This document shows, piece by piece, positions 42,581 through 53,715 of a stretch of 64,000 nucleotides of DNA. The notes beneath the pieces are model-generated. The model had not been told where the DNA came from. It did not search any database and worked only from the letters and a program-made list of their open reading frames with translations. The translations under genes were made by a program, and so were the position numbers. Origin of the DNA: an uncultured Gammaproteobacteria bacterium (lineage in GTDB: Bacteria > Pseudomonadota > Gammaproteobacteria > CAWCPV01); contig CAWCPV010000016.1 of assembly GCA_963797555.1 (NCBI GenBank), positions 32,001 to 96,000 on the forward strand, in the 5' to 3' direction. Within the stretch, counting starts at the first letter, position 1; each line of letters starts with the position of its first letter.

Positions 42581-45500
42581 ACCGCCTCAACCTCTCCGAA
42601 TGGGCGATCCGGCACCGTTCCGTGGTGACTTATTTCATGCTCGTCATCGTGGTCGGGGGCATCGGGTCCTACCTGCGGCTCGGGCGGAGCGAGGACCCGG
42701 ATTTCACCGTCAAGACCATGGTGGTGCAGGCCATATGGCCGGGCGCCACGGTCGGCGACACGCTCGAGCAGATCACGGACCGCATCGAGAGCAAGCTCCA
42801 GGAAACGCCGAACCTCGACTACCTGAAGAGCTACACGAGCGCGGGCCAGGCCACGATCTTCGTCAGCCTGAAGGACTCGACGCCCCCCGCCGAGGTGCCG
42901 GATATCTGGTACCAGGTGCGCAAGAAGGTGGGCGACATCCGCAACACCCTGCCGCAAGGAATCGTCGGCCCCGGCTTCAATGACGAGTTCGGCGATACCT
43001 ACGGCATCGTCTACGGCTTTACCGCGGACGGATTCACCTTCCGGGAGCTGAGGGACTACGTGGTCGAGGTCCGCAAGCAGCTCCTCCAACTGCCGGACAT
43101 CTCGAAGATCGACATCCTCGGCGCCCAGGACGAGCGCGTGTACGTCGAGTTCTCGACCGAGAAGCTGGCGGGCCTCGGCATCGACCGCGCCGCGCTGATC
43201 GCGGCGTTGCAGGCCCAGAACGCCGTCACCCCCGCGGGCGTGGTGCAGACCGGGGACGAGAAGATCCTCGTGCGTGTCTCCGGCGCGTTCCGGTCCGTGC
43301 AGGACATCCTGGCCGTCAACTTCGTCGCGAACGGCCGGATGATCCGCCTGGGCGACATCGCGCACGTGACGCGCGGCCCTGCCGACCCCGCGCAGCCGAT
43401 GTTCCGCGTCAACGGAAAGGAGGGCATCGGGCTCGCCATCGCGATGCGCAAGGGCGGCGACGTCCTGGCGCTCGGGCGCAACGTCGCGCAGGCCATGAGC
43501 GAAGATCACGGCGAACCTCCCGGTCGGAATCGAACCGACACTCGTCGCCGACCAGCCCGTCACCGTCGAGCATGCGGTGGACGACTTCATGGAGGCCCTC
43601 TGGGAGGCCATCGCCATCGTCCTTGCGGTCAGCTTGGTCAGCCTCGGTTTGCGTGCCGGCGCCGTGGTGGCCGTCTCGATCCCGCTCGTCCTCGCCGCGG
43701 TGTTCACGGCAATGATGGTGTTCGGAATCGGCTTTCAGCGAATCTCGCTGGGCGCCCTCATTATCGCCCTCGGTCTGCTGGTCGATGACGCCATGATCAC
43801 GATCGAGGCAATGGTCACGCGGCTGGAACGTGGCGACGAGAAGGAGCAAGCCGCCAGCTTCGCCTACAGCTCGACCGCCTTTCCGAGGCTCACCGGCACG
43901 CTGGTCACTATCGCGGGGTTCGTCCCCATCGGCTTCGCGCGCAGCGCCGCGGGCGAATACACTTTCTCGATTTTCGCCGTCGTCGCCATCGCGCTGATCG
44001 CATCCTGGATCGTCGCGGCCGTGTTTGCACCCCTGCTCGGCGTCTGGATCCTCAAGAAGCCCAAGGTGGTCCACTCGGGGGAGCCCGGCCCGATCATGCG
44101 CGTGTTCCGCCGCTTCCTGGTGCTGGCGATGCGGGCTCGCTGGGTCACGGTCCTCGTCACGCTGGGCCTGTTCGGGGCAGCGCTGTACGGCATGCGCCTG
44201 GTCCCGCAGCAGTTCTTCCCATCCTCCGACCGGCCCGAGCTGCTGGTGGACCTGCAGTTGCCCGAGAACGCGTCGATCTACGCGACGCAGGACGTCGCGG
44301 CCCGACTGGACAAGCTCCTGAAGGGCGATCAGGACGTGGACCATTGGAGCACGTATGTCGGGCAGGGCGCCGTGCGGTTCTATCTGCCCCTCAACGTCCA
44401 GCTCCCCAACGATTTCTTCGCCCAGGCCGTGGTCGTAACCAAAGGGTTGGAAGAGCGCGAGCGGGTGAAGGCGAAGCTGGAACGCGCGCTGGAGAACGAG
44501 TTCCCGAGCGTCGTCGGCCGGGTCTATCCGCTGGAGCTCGGCCCGCCGGTGGGATGGCCGCTCCAGTACCGGGTGACCGGACCGGAGCCGGACCAGGCGC
44601 GCGCGATCGCCTTCAAGGTCGCGGAGATCTTGGGGACCGACCCAGGCGCCCGCAACATCAACTACAACTGGATAGAGCCGGCGCGCACGGTGAGGATCCG
44701 GGTCGACCAGGACGAGGCCCGCCTCCTCGGTGTGAGTTCCCAGGACCTGGCCCAGTCCGTGAACGCGGCAATGTCCGGCGTCGTAGCCACCCAGATGCGG
44801 AGCGGCATCTATCTCGTCGACGTGCTGGTGCGTGCCTCCGCCGAGCAGCGCATGTCGCCGGGAACGATCCGAACGCTTCAGGTGCCGCTGCCGAATGGGC
44901 GGACCGTTCCCCTGAGCCAGATCGCCTCTTTCGATTATGGCCAGGAATACCCCATCGTCTGGCGCCGGGACCGGAGGGCGGCAGTGACGGTGCAGGCCGA
45001 CGTCGCGCCCGGCATGCAAGCCGCCACGGTGGTACAGGCGCTGGCGCCGAAGATCACGGCGCTGAATGCCAGCCTGCCGAGCGGGTACCATATCGCCGTT
45101 GGCGGAACATTGGAGGAGAGCACCAAGGCGCAGACGTCGGTCGCCATCGTCGTGCCGATGATGCTTGTCCTGACGCTCATGGTGCTGATGATCCAGCTCC
45201 AGAGCTTCAGCAGCCTGTCGCTGGTGCTCAGCGTGGCCCCTCTGGGTCTCATCGGGGTCGTCGCGGCCCTCCTCCTCTCGGGCAAGCCGCTCGGCTTCGT
45301 AGCGATCCTTGGCGTGCTTGCCTTGACGGGTATGATCGTCCGCAACTCGGTGATCCTCATCGACCAGGTGGAGAAGGAAAAGGCGCTGGGACTTGGCCCG
45401 TGGGATGCGGTCATCGAGGCCACCTCACACCGCTTCCGCCCGATCCTGCTCACCGCTTCTGCCGCAAGCCTAGGCATGATCCCGATCGCGCCGACCGTGT

Positions 45501-45667
45501 TCTGGGGTCCGATGGCCTACGCGATCATGGGCGGCCTCGCGGTCGCGACGGTTCTGACGCTTATCTTCCTGCCGGCGCTCTACGTGGCCTGGTTCCGTGT
45601 CAAACCGCCGCACCCGCGCGACGACCACAACGCGGCTCTTCAAGAAAGCGCCATGGAAAGCCGCTGA
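42577..45667 (+). CDS. RND efflux permease (AcrB family), frameshift near 43503
   Basis: NLSEWAI, GR.EDP.FT.K, ALGLLVDDA, RFRPILLT; ATGA overlap with the MFP gene. Confidence 0.92.
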
Positions 45668-45889
45668 CCCGAGGTGGAGGAAAAGTTCCTCGGCACGATC
45701 GTCGAATTCACTCGAGGCGGCATCGCAGCGTTCAAAGCTCTCCACCATAGCGCCGAAGATTTTGCCCTGCGGCGGTCAGATGTCATTAGCGCGCTTTCGC
45801 AAGACCTTGGGAGGGAAGGCGTGAATCGCCGTTTGCAGCGCGGCAGGCCGTTAAGCGTCTCCGCGATAGACTCCATCAACAGGCTCGCG

Positions 45890-46145
45890 ATGCCGCGAAC
45901 GCGGCGGCCTCGGTGTCCTTTTGACGAAGCTTGGCGGGCTTGTCCTTCCAGGCCTCGGGCGTCTCACCCCGCTTGAGGGCATCGTTCTCTTCCCGGCTGT
46001 TGCGCTGCTTGGGGGCCGAGACGATGCTCGCATCGATGATCTGTCCCTTGCGGGCGATGAACCCCCGGCGCTCGAGCTGCTGGTTGAAGGCCCGAAACAG
46101 CTCTTGCACGGCGTTCTCCTTCGCCAGCGCCTCACGAAACAGCCG
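45890..46145 (-). mobile_element. IS5-family transposase internal fragment
   Basis: FREAL...LF..F..QL...G..ARKGQIIDASIV.APKQRNSREEN...AK.RQKD. Confidence 0.8.
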
Positions 46146-46239
46146 TCATGCGAGCGGGCTGCCTGCTCGCCATGGCCGGCATTACCTCGGCGCTGCTGAT
46201 CGGAACGTCCATTTTGATGTCTCTGAGGAAGAAGCCCGA

Positions 46240-47679
46240 ATGACCACCAGAGAACCGCTCGAAGACCCCGCCGGACGGGACGGCTCAGGAACGGCAGACA
46301 TGAAGACCAAGATTGTGATCGCTGGCGGAGGCTTCGCCGGCCTCTATGCCGCGATGTATCTCGACAAAACCGTCGCGCGCAGACGCGAAGCAGAGGTGGT
46401 GCTGATCAGCCGCGAGAATTTCATCGTGTTTACGCCGATGCTGCACGAAGTGGCGGCGGGAGATCTACAGCCGAGCGATATTGTGAATCCACTCCGGCGC
46501 ATTCTTCGTCACGTCAAGGTCGTCGAAGCCGAGGTCGACGCTATCGACCTCGGCGCGAGAAAGATTTCGTGCGTCGGGGGAATTCGCGATGTACGGCGTG
46601 AGTTCGAGTTCGACCATTTGCTCCTCACGCTCGGCTCCGAAACGAACTTTTTCGACATGGCGGGCGTGCGTGACTGGGCGGCAACCATGAAAACCATGAG
46701 CGACGCCGCGCTGCTCCACAATACGATGGTTGCACTCTTGGAGACGGCGGCGCTGCAAGCGGACGCCTCCGCTCGCCGACAGTTGCTGACGTTCGTCATT
46801 GGTGGCGGCGGCTTTGCCGGCGTGGAAACGACGGGCGCGGTGAACGATTTCATCCGTGAGACGGCGCGGTATTATCCGTCGATAGCCAAAACAGACATTC
46901 GCGTTGTCCTCATCCATCCCGAGAGCTTTCTGCTACCTGAATTGGGCGAGGAACTCGGCCTCTACGCAGAGCGGAAGCTGCGGGAGCGGAACGTCAACGT
47001 CGTGAAGCGTGTGCGCGTCGCAGGCTACGACGGCTCGATCGTCACGTTGTCCGACGGCACCTCCATCCCGGCGTCGACGCTCGTCTGGACGGCCGGTGTC
47101 AAACCCAGCGTGGTGATCGCATCATTGACATGCGAAAAAGAACGGGGCCGCCTCCGCGTCAACGAATACCTTGCTGTTCCCGGTGCCAGCGGGCTCTGGG
47201 CGGCTGGCGATTGCGCCGCAGTACCGGATGTCACAACGGGGAGTTTTTGCCCGCCGACAGCACAACACGGTTTGCGGCAAGGCCTGGCAGCTGCGAGAAA
47301 CATCGAGGCTGCGATTGCTGGTCATCCGCTCGAGCCGTTTCGGTACAGAGCGATCGGCCTCCTGGCCAGCATCGGGCGCCACACCGGCGTGGCCATGGTG
47401 TTCGGGGTCAAGTTTTCTGGATTCATCGCGTGGTGGTTGTGGCGGACTGTCTACCTGGCAAAGCTTCCCGGGCTTGCCAAGAAGCTCAGAGTGATGGTCG
47501 GCTGGACGCTGGATCTGTTTTTCGGAAGACAGATCGAGCAGATGATCACACTGCGCGACGTAGAACTGCTGAGCGATCGGCTCGCGCGACTTCAGAGTAA
47601 GGCGAGAACGGATGACGAAGCCCGACTCCTCGACCACGGCAATCGTACGTCCGAGGGTCCGAGATCCCATCTCGAGTGA
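46240..47679 (+). CDS. ndh: Type II NADH:quinone oxidoreductase
   Basis: GGGFAG, FTPML.EVA.G, GGGFAGVE, WTAGV, AAGDCA, PTAQ, GF.AW.LW..VYL. Confidence 0.9.
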   Translation: MTTREPLEDPAGRDGSGTADMKTKIVIAGGGFAGLYAAMYLDKTVARRREAEVVLISRENFIVFTPMLHEVAAGDLQPSDIVNPLRRILRHVKVVEAEVDAIDLGARKISCVGGIRDVRREFEFDHLLLTLGSETNFFDMAGVRDWAATMKTMSDAALLHNTMVALLETAALQADASARRQLLTFVIGGGGFAGVETTGAVNDFIRETARYYPSIAKTDIRVVLIHPESFLLPELGEELGLYAERKLRERNVNVVKRVRVAGYDGSIVTLSDGTSIPASTLVWTAGVKPSVVIASLTCEKERGRLRVNEYLAVPGASGLWAAGDCAAVPDVTTGSFCPPTAQHGLRQGLAAARNIEAAIAGHPLEPFRYRAIGLLASIGRHTGVAMVFGVKFSGFIAWWLWRTVYLAKLPGLAKKLRVMVGWTLDLFFGRQIEQMITLRDVELLSDRLARLQSKARTDDEARLLDHGNRTSEGPRSHLE

Positions 47680-47749
47680 CGGGCGGCTGGCATCGCATCG
47701 CGGGGCCGTTAGGCCAGTAACGCTTGTTTTCTGAGCCCCTGCGACACGC

Positions 47750-48655
47750 TTCCGTCGACGTGCCGGAGGATCGGCTCGCGGCGTTCCAGACGGCGCGGTA
47801 CACCGCTTGGCTCACGAGCGCGCCCGACGAAAGGTTCGACGTGGTCCTGCACAAGCTCGCGTCGCAGGCGGCGGCCCAGACGCGGACCTACCGGGCGCGA
47901 CTGAAGCCCGTGACGCCGCGGCGCCTGCGGCTCGGGGCGACCGCCACGCTGGCCGCCCGGCGCGTCGCAGCCGAACAGCCGGTGGCGGCGATCCCGGCAA
48001 GCGCGATCACGCAGAGCAACGGGCAGCCGGCGGTGTGGGTCGTTCGGCGACCTGCCCACCGACGACAGTCCGGCTCTCGAGGCGCTTTTGCGCGACGGCG
48101 CGACATGGGTGAAAGGAGAAGGCGCCTTGGGCCAGGCTTCCCGATGAAATCGTTCAATCTCACCCAATGGGCACTCGGCCACCGCGCCCTGGTGCTGGCC
48201 CTGATCCTCGCGATCGCCGTGGGCGGCACGGTCAGCTACGCGTCCTACATCGCCTGCCAGGAGCAGGTCAGCGCCGCATGGCAGGACCCGCGGCATTGGA
48301 CGCGCATGTCCATCCTGAATAGCGCACGCTCGGGCAAGTTCTCCTCCGATCGGGCCATCCGCGAGTACTGCGATGGGATCTGGGGTGTCAAGCCGGTGCC
48401 CGCGTCCGCGCAGGGTAAGCAAGTCGTCGCTGAAGGCCAGCGCGAGACAATAGAATATTGGGCGCCATTGGGTGAAGGTGCGCGGTCTTCGAGGCTTGGA
48501 CGGAATACTGGACCGATGCCTGGTAGCGCAGCGTGCTTTGCTCGGACGCGATGCGCAAGCGCGGCCAACCTGTTTCTCGAGCACCAAAAAAGGACAAGCC
48601 ACCGGTGCTGAGCTTCCCCTACGAGATGGTGGTGGACGGCCACACGCGGAATGCG
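47750..48655 (+). pseudogene. Mosaic scar: MFP 3' fragment, AcrB N-terminus (48144-48240), glgP 3' copy (48236-48405) and DUF3141 5' copy (48480-48655)
   Basis: Direct nucleotide similarity to 40561-40730 and 50580-50755; protein similarity to the local RND genes. Confidence 0.85.
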
Positions 48656-48674
48656 CCTGCCACTTCCCCGCGCC

Positions 48675-48703
48675 TTGACGGCTGCGCACCCCGACACTAG
48701 ACT
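48675..48703 (+). promoter_or_regulatory. Sigma70-type promoter
   Basis: TTGACG-17 nt-TAGACT, about 80 nt upstream of ATG 48786. Confidence 0.55.
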
Positions 48704-48785
48704 TCCCTTGGCGGGGAAGGGGGGAATTTCCTTATCCGCTATCTCATCTATCCCGCCATTTTCTTTCGGAGGAAAGAAGACGAGA

Positions 48786-49199
48786 ATGAAGATCAAGACA
48801 CCGATTTTGTTGGCCTCTTTCGTTGTGGCGTCCGTCATCCTCATGGGCGCTGCGGGCAGCGCCAAAGCTGCTGACGAGTGGTTCGTGCTCGGCCAGCAGA
48901 CGATCAAAGCCGTCGATCAAGGCGTGGAGATCAAGAGCGAAGCGGGTCGGCTGAAGAAGAAGGTCAAGCAGACGAAGCTGAGCGTCGAAGGCGCTGACGT
49001 GGAGCTGACGAAGGTCGTCCTTCACTGGGACAATCGCCCCGACGAGACGATCACGGATATCGGAACCCTGAAGGCAGGAGGACAGACGGCTCCGAAGGAT
49101 GCTCCTGGACGCAAGGCCCGGCTCACGTCGGTGACGGTCCAATACAAGATCGTTGGTGATGCGCCGACGGCCGTGCTCAAGGTCTGGGGTTACGACTGA
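48786..49199 (+). CDS. Exported beta-rich protein (DUF2541/YaaI-like)
   Basis: Signal peptide ending AKA; W..LG at the N-terminus, V.....L.K.V, terminal VWG. Confidence 0.7.
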   Translation: MKIKTPILLASFVVASVILMGAAGSAKAADEWFVLGQQTIKAVDQGVEIKSEAGRLKKKVKQTKLSVEGADVELTKVVLHWDNRPDETITDIGTLKAGGQTAPKDAPGRKARLTSVTVQYKIVGDAPTAVLKVWGYD

Positions 49200-49278
49200 G
49201 CGGGTCGTGAACGCTGAGCGGAGCACCACGCGCATTGGAAGTTGTATCCTTGTCGCCAACCTTTGGAGGAATAACGTC

Positions 49279-49994
49279 ATGAATAGAAAACTCCTGGGCG
49301 TGGTCGTGGTCTCTTTATTACTCGCTGGCTGCGCGACCGGCACCCATTTCGGCGTACCGGATAGGGCCATGCGTGTGCCGCAGTGGGTTCTGGACGCCGA
49401 GGCCGCTATGGCCAGGGCGGAGGCGTCAGCCGGTGCTCGAGTCTGTCCCGACAAGATCGCGAAGGCCAAAGAGCTGGCCGCTAAGGCGATGGAGACCTAC
49501 TGGGCTTGCAGGGACCTTGCGGCGCAGCGCTTAATGCACGAGGCCCTACAGCTCGCGGCGGACGCCGAAGCCTGCTCGGCACCCTCGGCAACTGAACCCG
49601 CAACGTCGAATTGTCGGCTGACGCCCTGTTCGCCTTCAACAAGGCGGCGCTCACACCGCAAGGTGAAGCGGCCCTCGATAAGTTCCTGCAAGACCTGGGG
49701 GGTGCCTCGGTCAGTTCGATTCAAGTTATCGGTCACACTGACCCGATCGGCTCCGATGCATACAACATGCAACTCTCCGAACAGCGCGCCAATGCTGTCG
49801 CGCAGTATCTGGCAAGCCGGGGCGTGCCGGGCGATCGCATCCGCGCCGAAGGCCGCGGCGAGACTGAGCTCAAAGTCACGCCCGAGAACTGCGCCGCCCA
49901 AGGCGCGAAGACTCGTCCGGCACTCATCCAATGCTATCAGCCGAACCGGCGTGTCGATGTGACGGTCACCGCCGCAGCGCCAGCCGTAAGGTAA
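49279..49994 (+). CDS. OmpA-domain lipoprotein, frameshift or deletion near 49600
   Basis: GGAGG RBS, lipobox LAGC; LSADALF.F, GHTD.IGS..YN..LS..RA..V..YL, PNRRV. Confidence 0.85.
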
Positions 49995-50050
49995 GGGTCT
50001 GGACTCTGGGGGCTGCCTCGCAAGGCAAGTCCTCTGTTTTGCAAAGACTA

Positions 50051-50082
50051 AGGAGCGGTCCTACCGGACCGCTCCTGTTTTT
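50051..50082 (+). terminator. Rho-independent terminator
   Basis: AGGAGCGGTCC-tacc-GGACCGCTCCT perfect 11-bp stem followed by gTTTTT. Confidence 0.75.
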
Positions 50083-50450
50083 GGGGATGCCTTCCGACAC
50101 CGGCTGGCCGGTTTGTAACTGGTGAAACGAGCGGCCCTATGCGAATGTCAGTATTGCCACGGGCTCGGCGTCGGGGGCTCTACGTCATCGACATTGACCC
50201 ACGCCGCGCTGGGGGCAGCACACCCGAACGAGCATGAGGGAGTGAGTGGAGAGACATAAACGGCCGATGGTTGCTCGCAACACCCAGTCTCTCAGAGACA
50301 CAGCCGGGATGCTCCCCGCGAACCGCCAAACCTTCGGCTCCTCCTCCACGGTCGTCCTGGCTCTACCGACAAATTCTGCGGAGGAGCCATGAGGGCTTGG
50401 GTATTTCAAGGTCCGCTGTATTGTTGTTAAGGAGTTAAGGAGAACACTCG

Positions 50451-52733
50451 ATGAGCGCACAAGAGCCGAAGAGTGACAGTTTCGTGATGTCGGATCTGTG
50501 GGTCGGGCTCTGGAAGACGTGGTGGCAGAGCCTGAAACCCACCCCGCTCCCAGTAGCGCCGTGGCCGACCCCAGGGCAGGCGGCCTTCGAGGCTTGGTCG
50601 GAGTACTGGACCGATGCCTGGCAGCGCAGTGTGCTGTACTGGGACGTGATGCGCAAGCGCGGCAACCTGGCCGCCGAGCACCAGCAGAAGGGCAAGCCGC
50701 CGGTGCTGAGCTTCCCGTACGAGATGGTCGTGGACGGACACACGCTGGAGCGCCCGGTCAATTACTTCCTGCTCCGCATCGTCCCTCCCGAAGGGACTCC
50801 CGTGGACCCGCGCAAGCGGCCCTTCGTGGTCGTCGACCCGCGCGCCGGGCACGGGCCGGGGATCGGGGGCTTCAAAGTCGATAGCGAGATCGGCGTGGCG
50901 ATGCTCGCCGGGCACCCGTGCTACTTCGTGGGCTTCCGGCCGGAGCCCGAGCCCGGCCAGACGCTGGAGGACGTGGGACGTGCCGAGGCCGCATTCCTGC
51001 AAAAGGTGGCCGCGCTGCACCCGGAGGCCGAGGGCCGCCCTTGCGTCATCGGCAACTGCCAGGCGGGCTGGGCGGTGATGATGCTGAGTGCCGTGGCGCC
51101 CGAGCTGATGGGGCCGGTGCTTATCGCCGGTGCGCCGCTCTCCTACTGGGCGGGCTCGGGCACCCAGAACCCGATGCGCTATGCCGGTGGCCTTCTCGGG
51201 GGTACCTGGCTCGCGCTGCTGGCCAGCGATCTCGGCAAGGGTCGCTTCGACGGTGCGCATCTGGTCGCCAACTTCGAGAGCCTGAACCCGGCCAACACCT
51301 ACTGGACCAAGCAGTACAACGTCTACTCCAAGGTGGACACCGAGGAGCCGCGCTACCTCGAGTTCGAGCGCTGGTGGAGCGGTTTCTATCTCCTCAACGA
51401 GGAGGAGATCCGCTTCATCGTCGATAACCTGTTCGTCGGCAACAAGCTCGCGGCCGGCGACATCGTGACCTCGGCCGGGCGGCGCATCAATCTGCGCAAC
51501 ATCAAGAGCCCCATCGTGGTGTTCGCCTCTTGGGGCGACGACATCACGCCCCCGCAGCAGGCGCTCAACTGGATACTGGACTGCTATTCGAGCGACAAGG
51601 AGATTCTCTCCTACGAGCAGACCATCGTCTATGTCCTGCACCAGGACATCGGGCACCTCGGCATCTTCGTCTCCGGCAAGGTGGCGAAGCGCGAGCACGC
51701 CGAGATCGTGCGGGCGCTGGACGTCATCGAGACGCTGCCGCCGGGGCTCTACGAGATGGTCATCGAGGACAAGCAGCCCGGCGCCCCCTCCGCCGACCTC
51801 ATCCCCGGGCGCTATCTGGTCAGGTTCGAGCCCCGCAAGCTCGACGACATCCGGGGGCTGGAGGACACGCGCGAGGACGAGAAGCCGTTCGCAGCCGCTG
51901 CGCGCGTCTCCGAGATCATCGAGGGCATGTACCGCACCTTCGTGCGGCCCTGGGTGCAGCCGTGGGTCACCGATGAGACGGCCGACACCCTGCGCCAACT
52001 GCACCCCAACCGCCTGCAGTCCTCCCTGTTGTCGGACGAGAACCCCTGGATGCGTCCCTTGGAGGAGGTCGCCGAGTGGGTGCGGGCGAACCGCCGGCCG
52101 GTCTCGCCGGACAACCCGTTCCTGGCCATGGAGAAGGCCATGTCCAAGCAGATCGCGGACGGGCTCCAACGCTACGGAGAGACCCGCGATCGGGCGTCCG
52201 AGCTGATGTTCAACGCCATTTACAACTCCCCCTGGCTGCAGGCCGCCCTGGGACTGCGCTCGGCGAGCACTGATGCACCCGCAACGCGTTCCCGCGACGA
52301 GGCCCACGAGGCGCTGGTGGCGCAGAAGGTCGCCGCGCTGCGCGCCCGTATCGACCAGGGGGGCCTGCGCGAGGGTGTGATACGGATAGTCCTCTACGCG
52401 GGAGCCGAGGAGGGCTTCGCCGATACGCGCGGCTTCCGCATGGCCGAGCGCGTGCGCGACGAGCAGTTTGCGGCCGAGCTGCCCGCGCTGCCTCCTGCGG
52501 AGCGGCGGGAGCTCTTCAAGGAGCAGTTCTTCATGCTGCTGCTCGACGAGGAGGGTGCGCTGGCGGCACTGCCGAAGCTCCTGCCTAGCGAAGAGGAGCG
52601 GCGCAGCGCGCTGGAGGCGGCGCGACGCGTTCTCTCCGCGGTGGGCGAGCTGACTCCGGCCCGCAAGGCCAGGCTCAAGCGGGTGACGGAGATCCTGGGT
52701 GGGAAGGGCGTGGTGCTGAAGGTGGCCGGCTAG
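50451..52733 (+). CDS. DUF3141 protein (PHA synthase-like alpha/beta hydrolase)
   Basis: DPRAGHGPGIGGFK.DSEIGVA, GNCQAGW, SWGDDITPP, GHLGIFVS. Confidence 0.9.
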   Translation: MSAQEPKSDSFVMSDLWVGLWKTWWQSLKPTPLPVAPWPTPGQAAFEAWSEYWTDAWQRSVLYWDVMRKRGNLAAEHQQKGKPPVLSFPYEMVVDGHTLERPVNYFLLRIVPPEGTPVDPRKRPFVVVDPRAGHGPGIGGFKVDSEIGVAMLAGHPCYFVGFRPEPEPGQTLEDVGRAEAAFLQKVAALHPEAEGRPCVIGNCQAGWAVMMLSAVAPELMGPVLIAGAPLSYWAGSGTQNPMRYAGGLLGGTWLALLASDLGKGRFDGAHLVANFESLNPANTYWTKQYNVYSKVDTEEPRYLEFERWWSGFYLLNEEEIRFIVDNLFVGNKLAAGDIVTSAGRRINLRNIKSPIVVFASWGDDITPPQQALNWILDCYSSDKEILSYEQTIVYVLHQDIGHLGIFVSGKVAKREHAEIVRALDVIETLPPGLYEMVIEDKQPGAPSADLIPGRYLVRFEPRKLDDIRGLEDTREDEKPFAAAARVSEIIEGMYRTFVRPWVQPWVTDETADTLRQLHPNRLQSSLLSDENPWMRPLEEVAEWVRANRRPVSPDNPFLAMEKAMSKQIADGLQRYGETRDRASELMFNAIYNSPWLQAALGLRSASTDAPATRSRDEAHEALVAQKVAALRARIDQGGLREGVIRIVLYAGAEEGFADTRGFRMAERVRDEQFAAELPALPPAERRELFKEQFFMLLLDEEGALAALPKLLPSEEERRSALEAARRVLSAVGELTPARKARLKRVTEILGGKGVVLKVAG

Positions 52734-52741
52734 GAGGCAGG

Positions 52742-53711
52742 ATGACGACATCGACGACTGAAGGCGGCCGGGCGACGGGCAGCGGTAAATACGAGCAGCT
52801 CATCGAGCGCACCAAGGCGATCCCCGCGATCCCGACGGCGGTGGCCCATCCCTGCGACGAGGTGTCGCTCGGGGCCGCCGTCGAGGGGGGGCGGATGGGG
52901 ATCATCACGCCCTTGCTGGTCGGACCCGAGCAAAAGATCCGAACGGTGGCGGAGAAATTCGGCCTCGATATCTCGCCCTACGAGCTCATCGACGCTCCGC
53001 ACAGCCACGGAGCCGCCGCCAAAGCGGTGGAGCTGGTGCGCCTCGGAGCGGGCCGAGCTGCTGATGAAGGGGAGCCTCCACACCGACGAGCTGCTGGGCG
53101 AGGTGGTGAAGCGCGATACGGGGCTCAGGACGGCTCGGCGCATCAGCCACGTCTTCATCATGGACGTGCCCACCTATCACAAGCCCCTCATGATCACGGA
53201 CGCGGCGGTCAACATCGCCCCCACCCTGGAGGAGAAGCGCGACATCCTGCAGAACGCCATCGACCTGGCCCACGCCCTGGGGCTCGCGCGGCCCAAGGTG
53301 GCGATCCTCTCCGCCGTCGAGACCGTGAATCCGAAGATTCCGACCACTGTCGAGGCGGCCGCCCTGTGCAAGATGGCGGAGCGCGGACAGATTACCGGCG
53401 CCATCCTGGACGGCCCGCTCGCCTTCGACAACGCCATCAGCGCCGAGGCCGCCCGCATCAAAGGGATCGAGTCGCCGGTGGCGGGCGATGCCGACATCCT
53501 GCTGGTGCCGGATCTCGAAGCGGGGAACATGCTGGCGAAGAACCTGATCTTCCTGTCGCGGGCGGATGCGGCAGGGATCGTGATGGGGGCTCGGGTGCCG
53601 ATCATCCTGACCAGCCGCGCGGACAACGAGCGCACGCGCCTCGCCTCGTGCGCCGTGGCTGCGCTCTATGCCATGGCGCGGCGCGCCCGCACCGACATGG
53701 AGGCGAGCTAG
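52742..53711 (+). CDS. pta: Phosphate acetyl/butyryltransferase, frameshift near 53048
   Basis: AVAHPCD, LMKGSLHTDEL, TDAAVNIAP, DGPLAFDNAI, PIILTSRAD. Confidence 0.9.
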
Positions 53712-53715
53712 GGCC

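Noticed and set aside
50397-50411. FNR/FixK box upstream of DUF3141
   Set aside because: TTGGGTATTTCAA is one base short and mismatched relative to TTGAT-N4-ATCAA.
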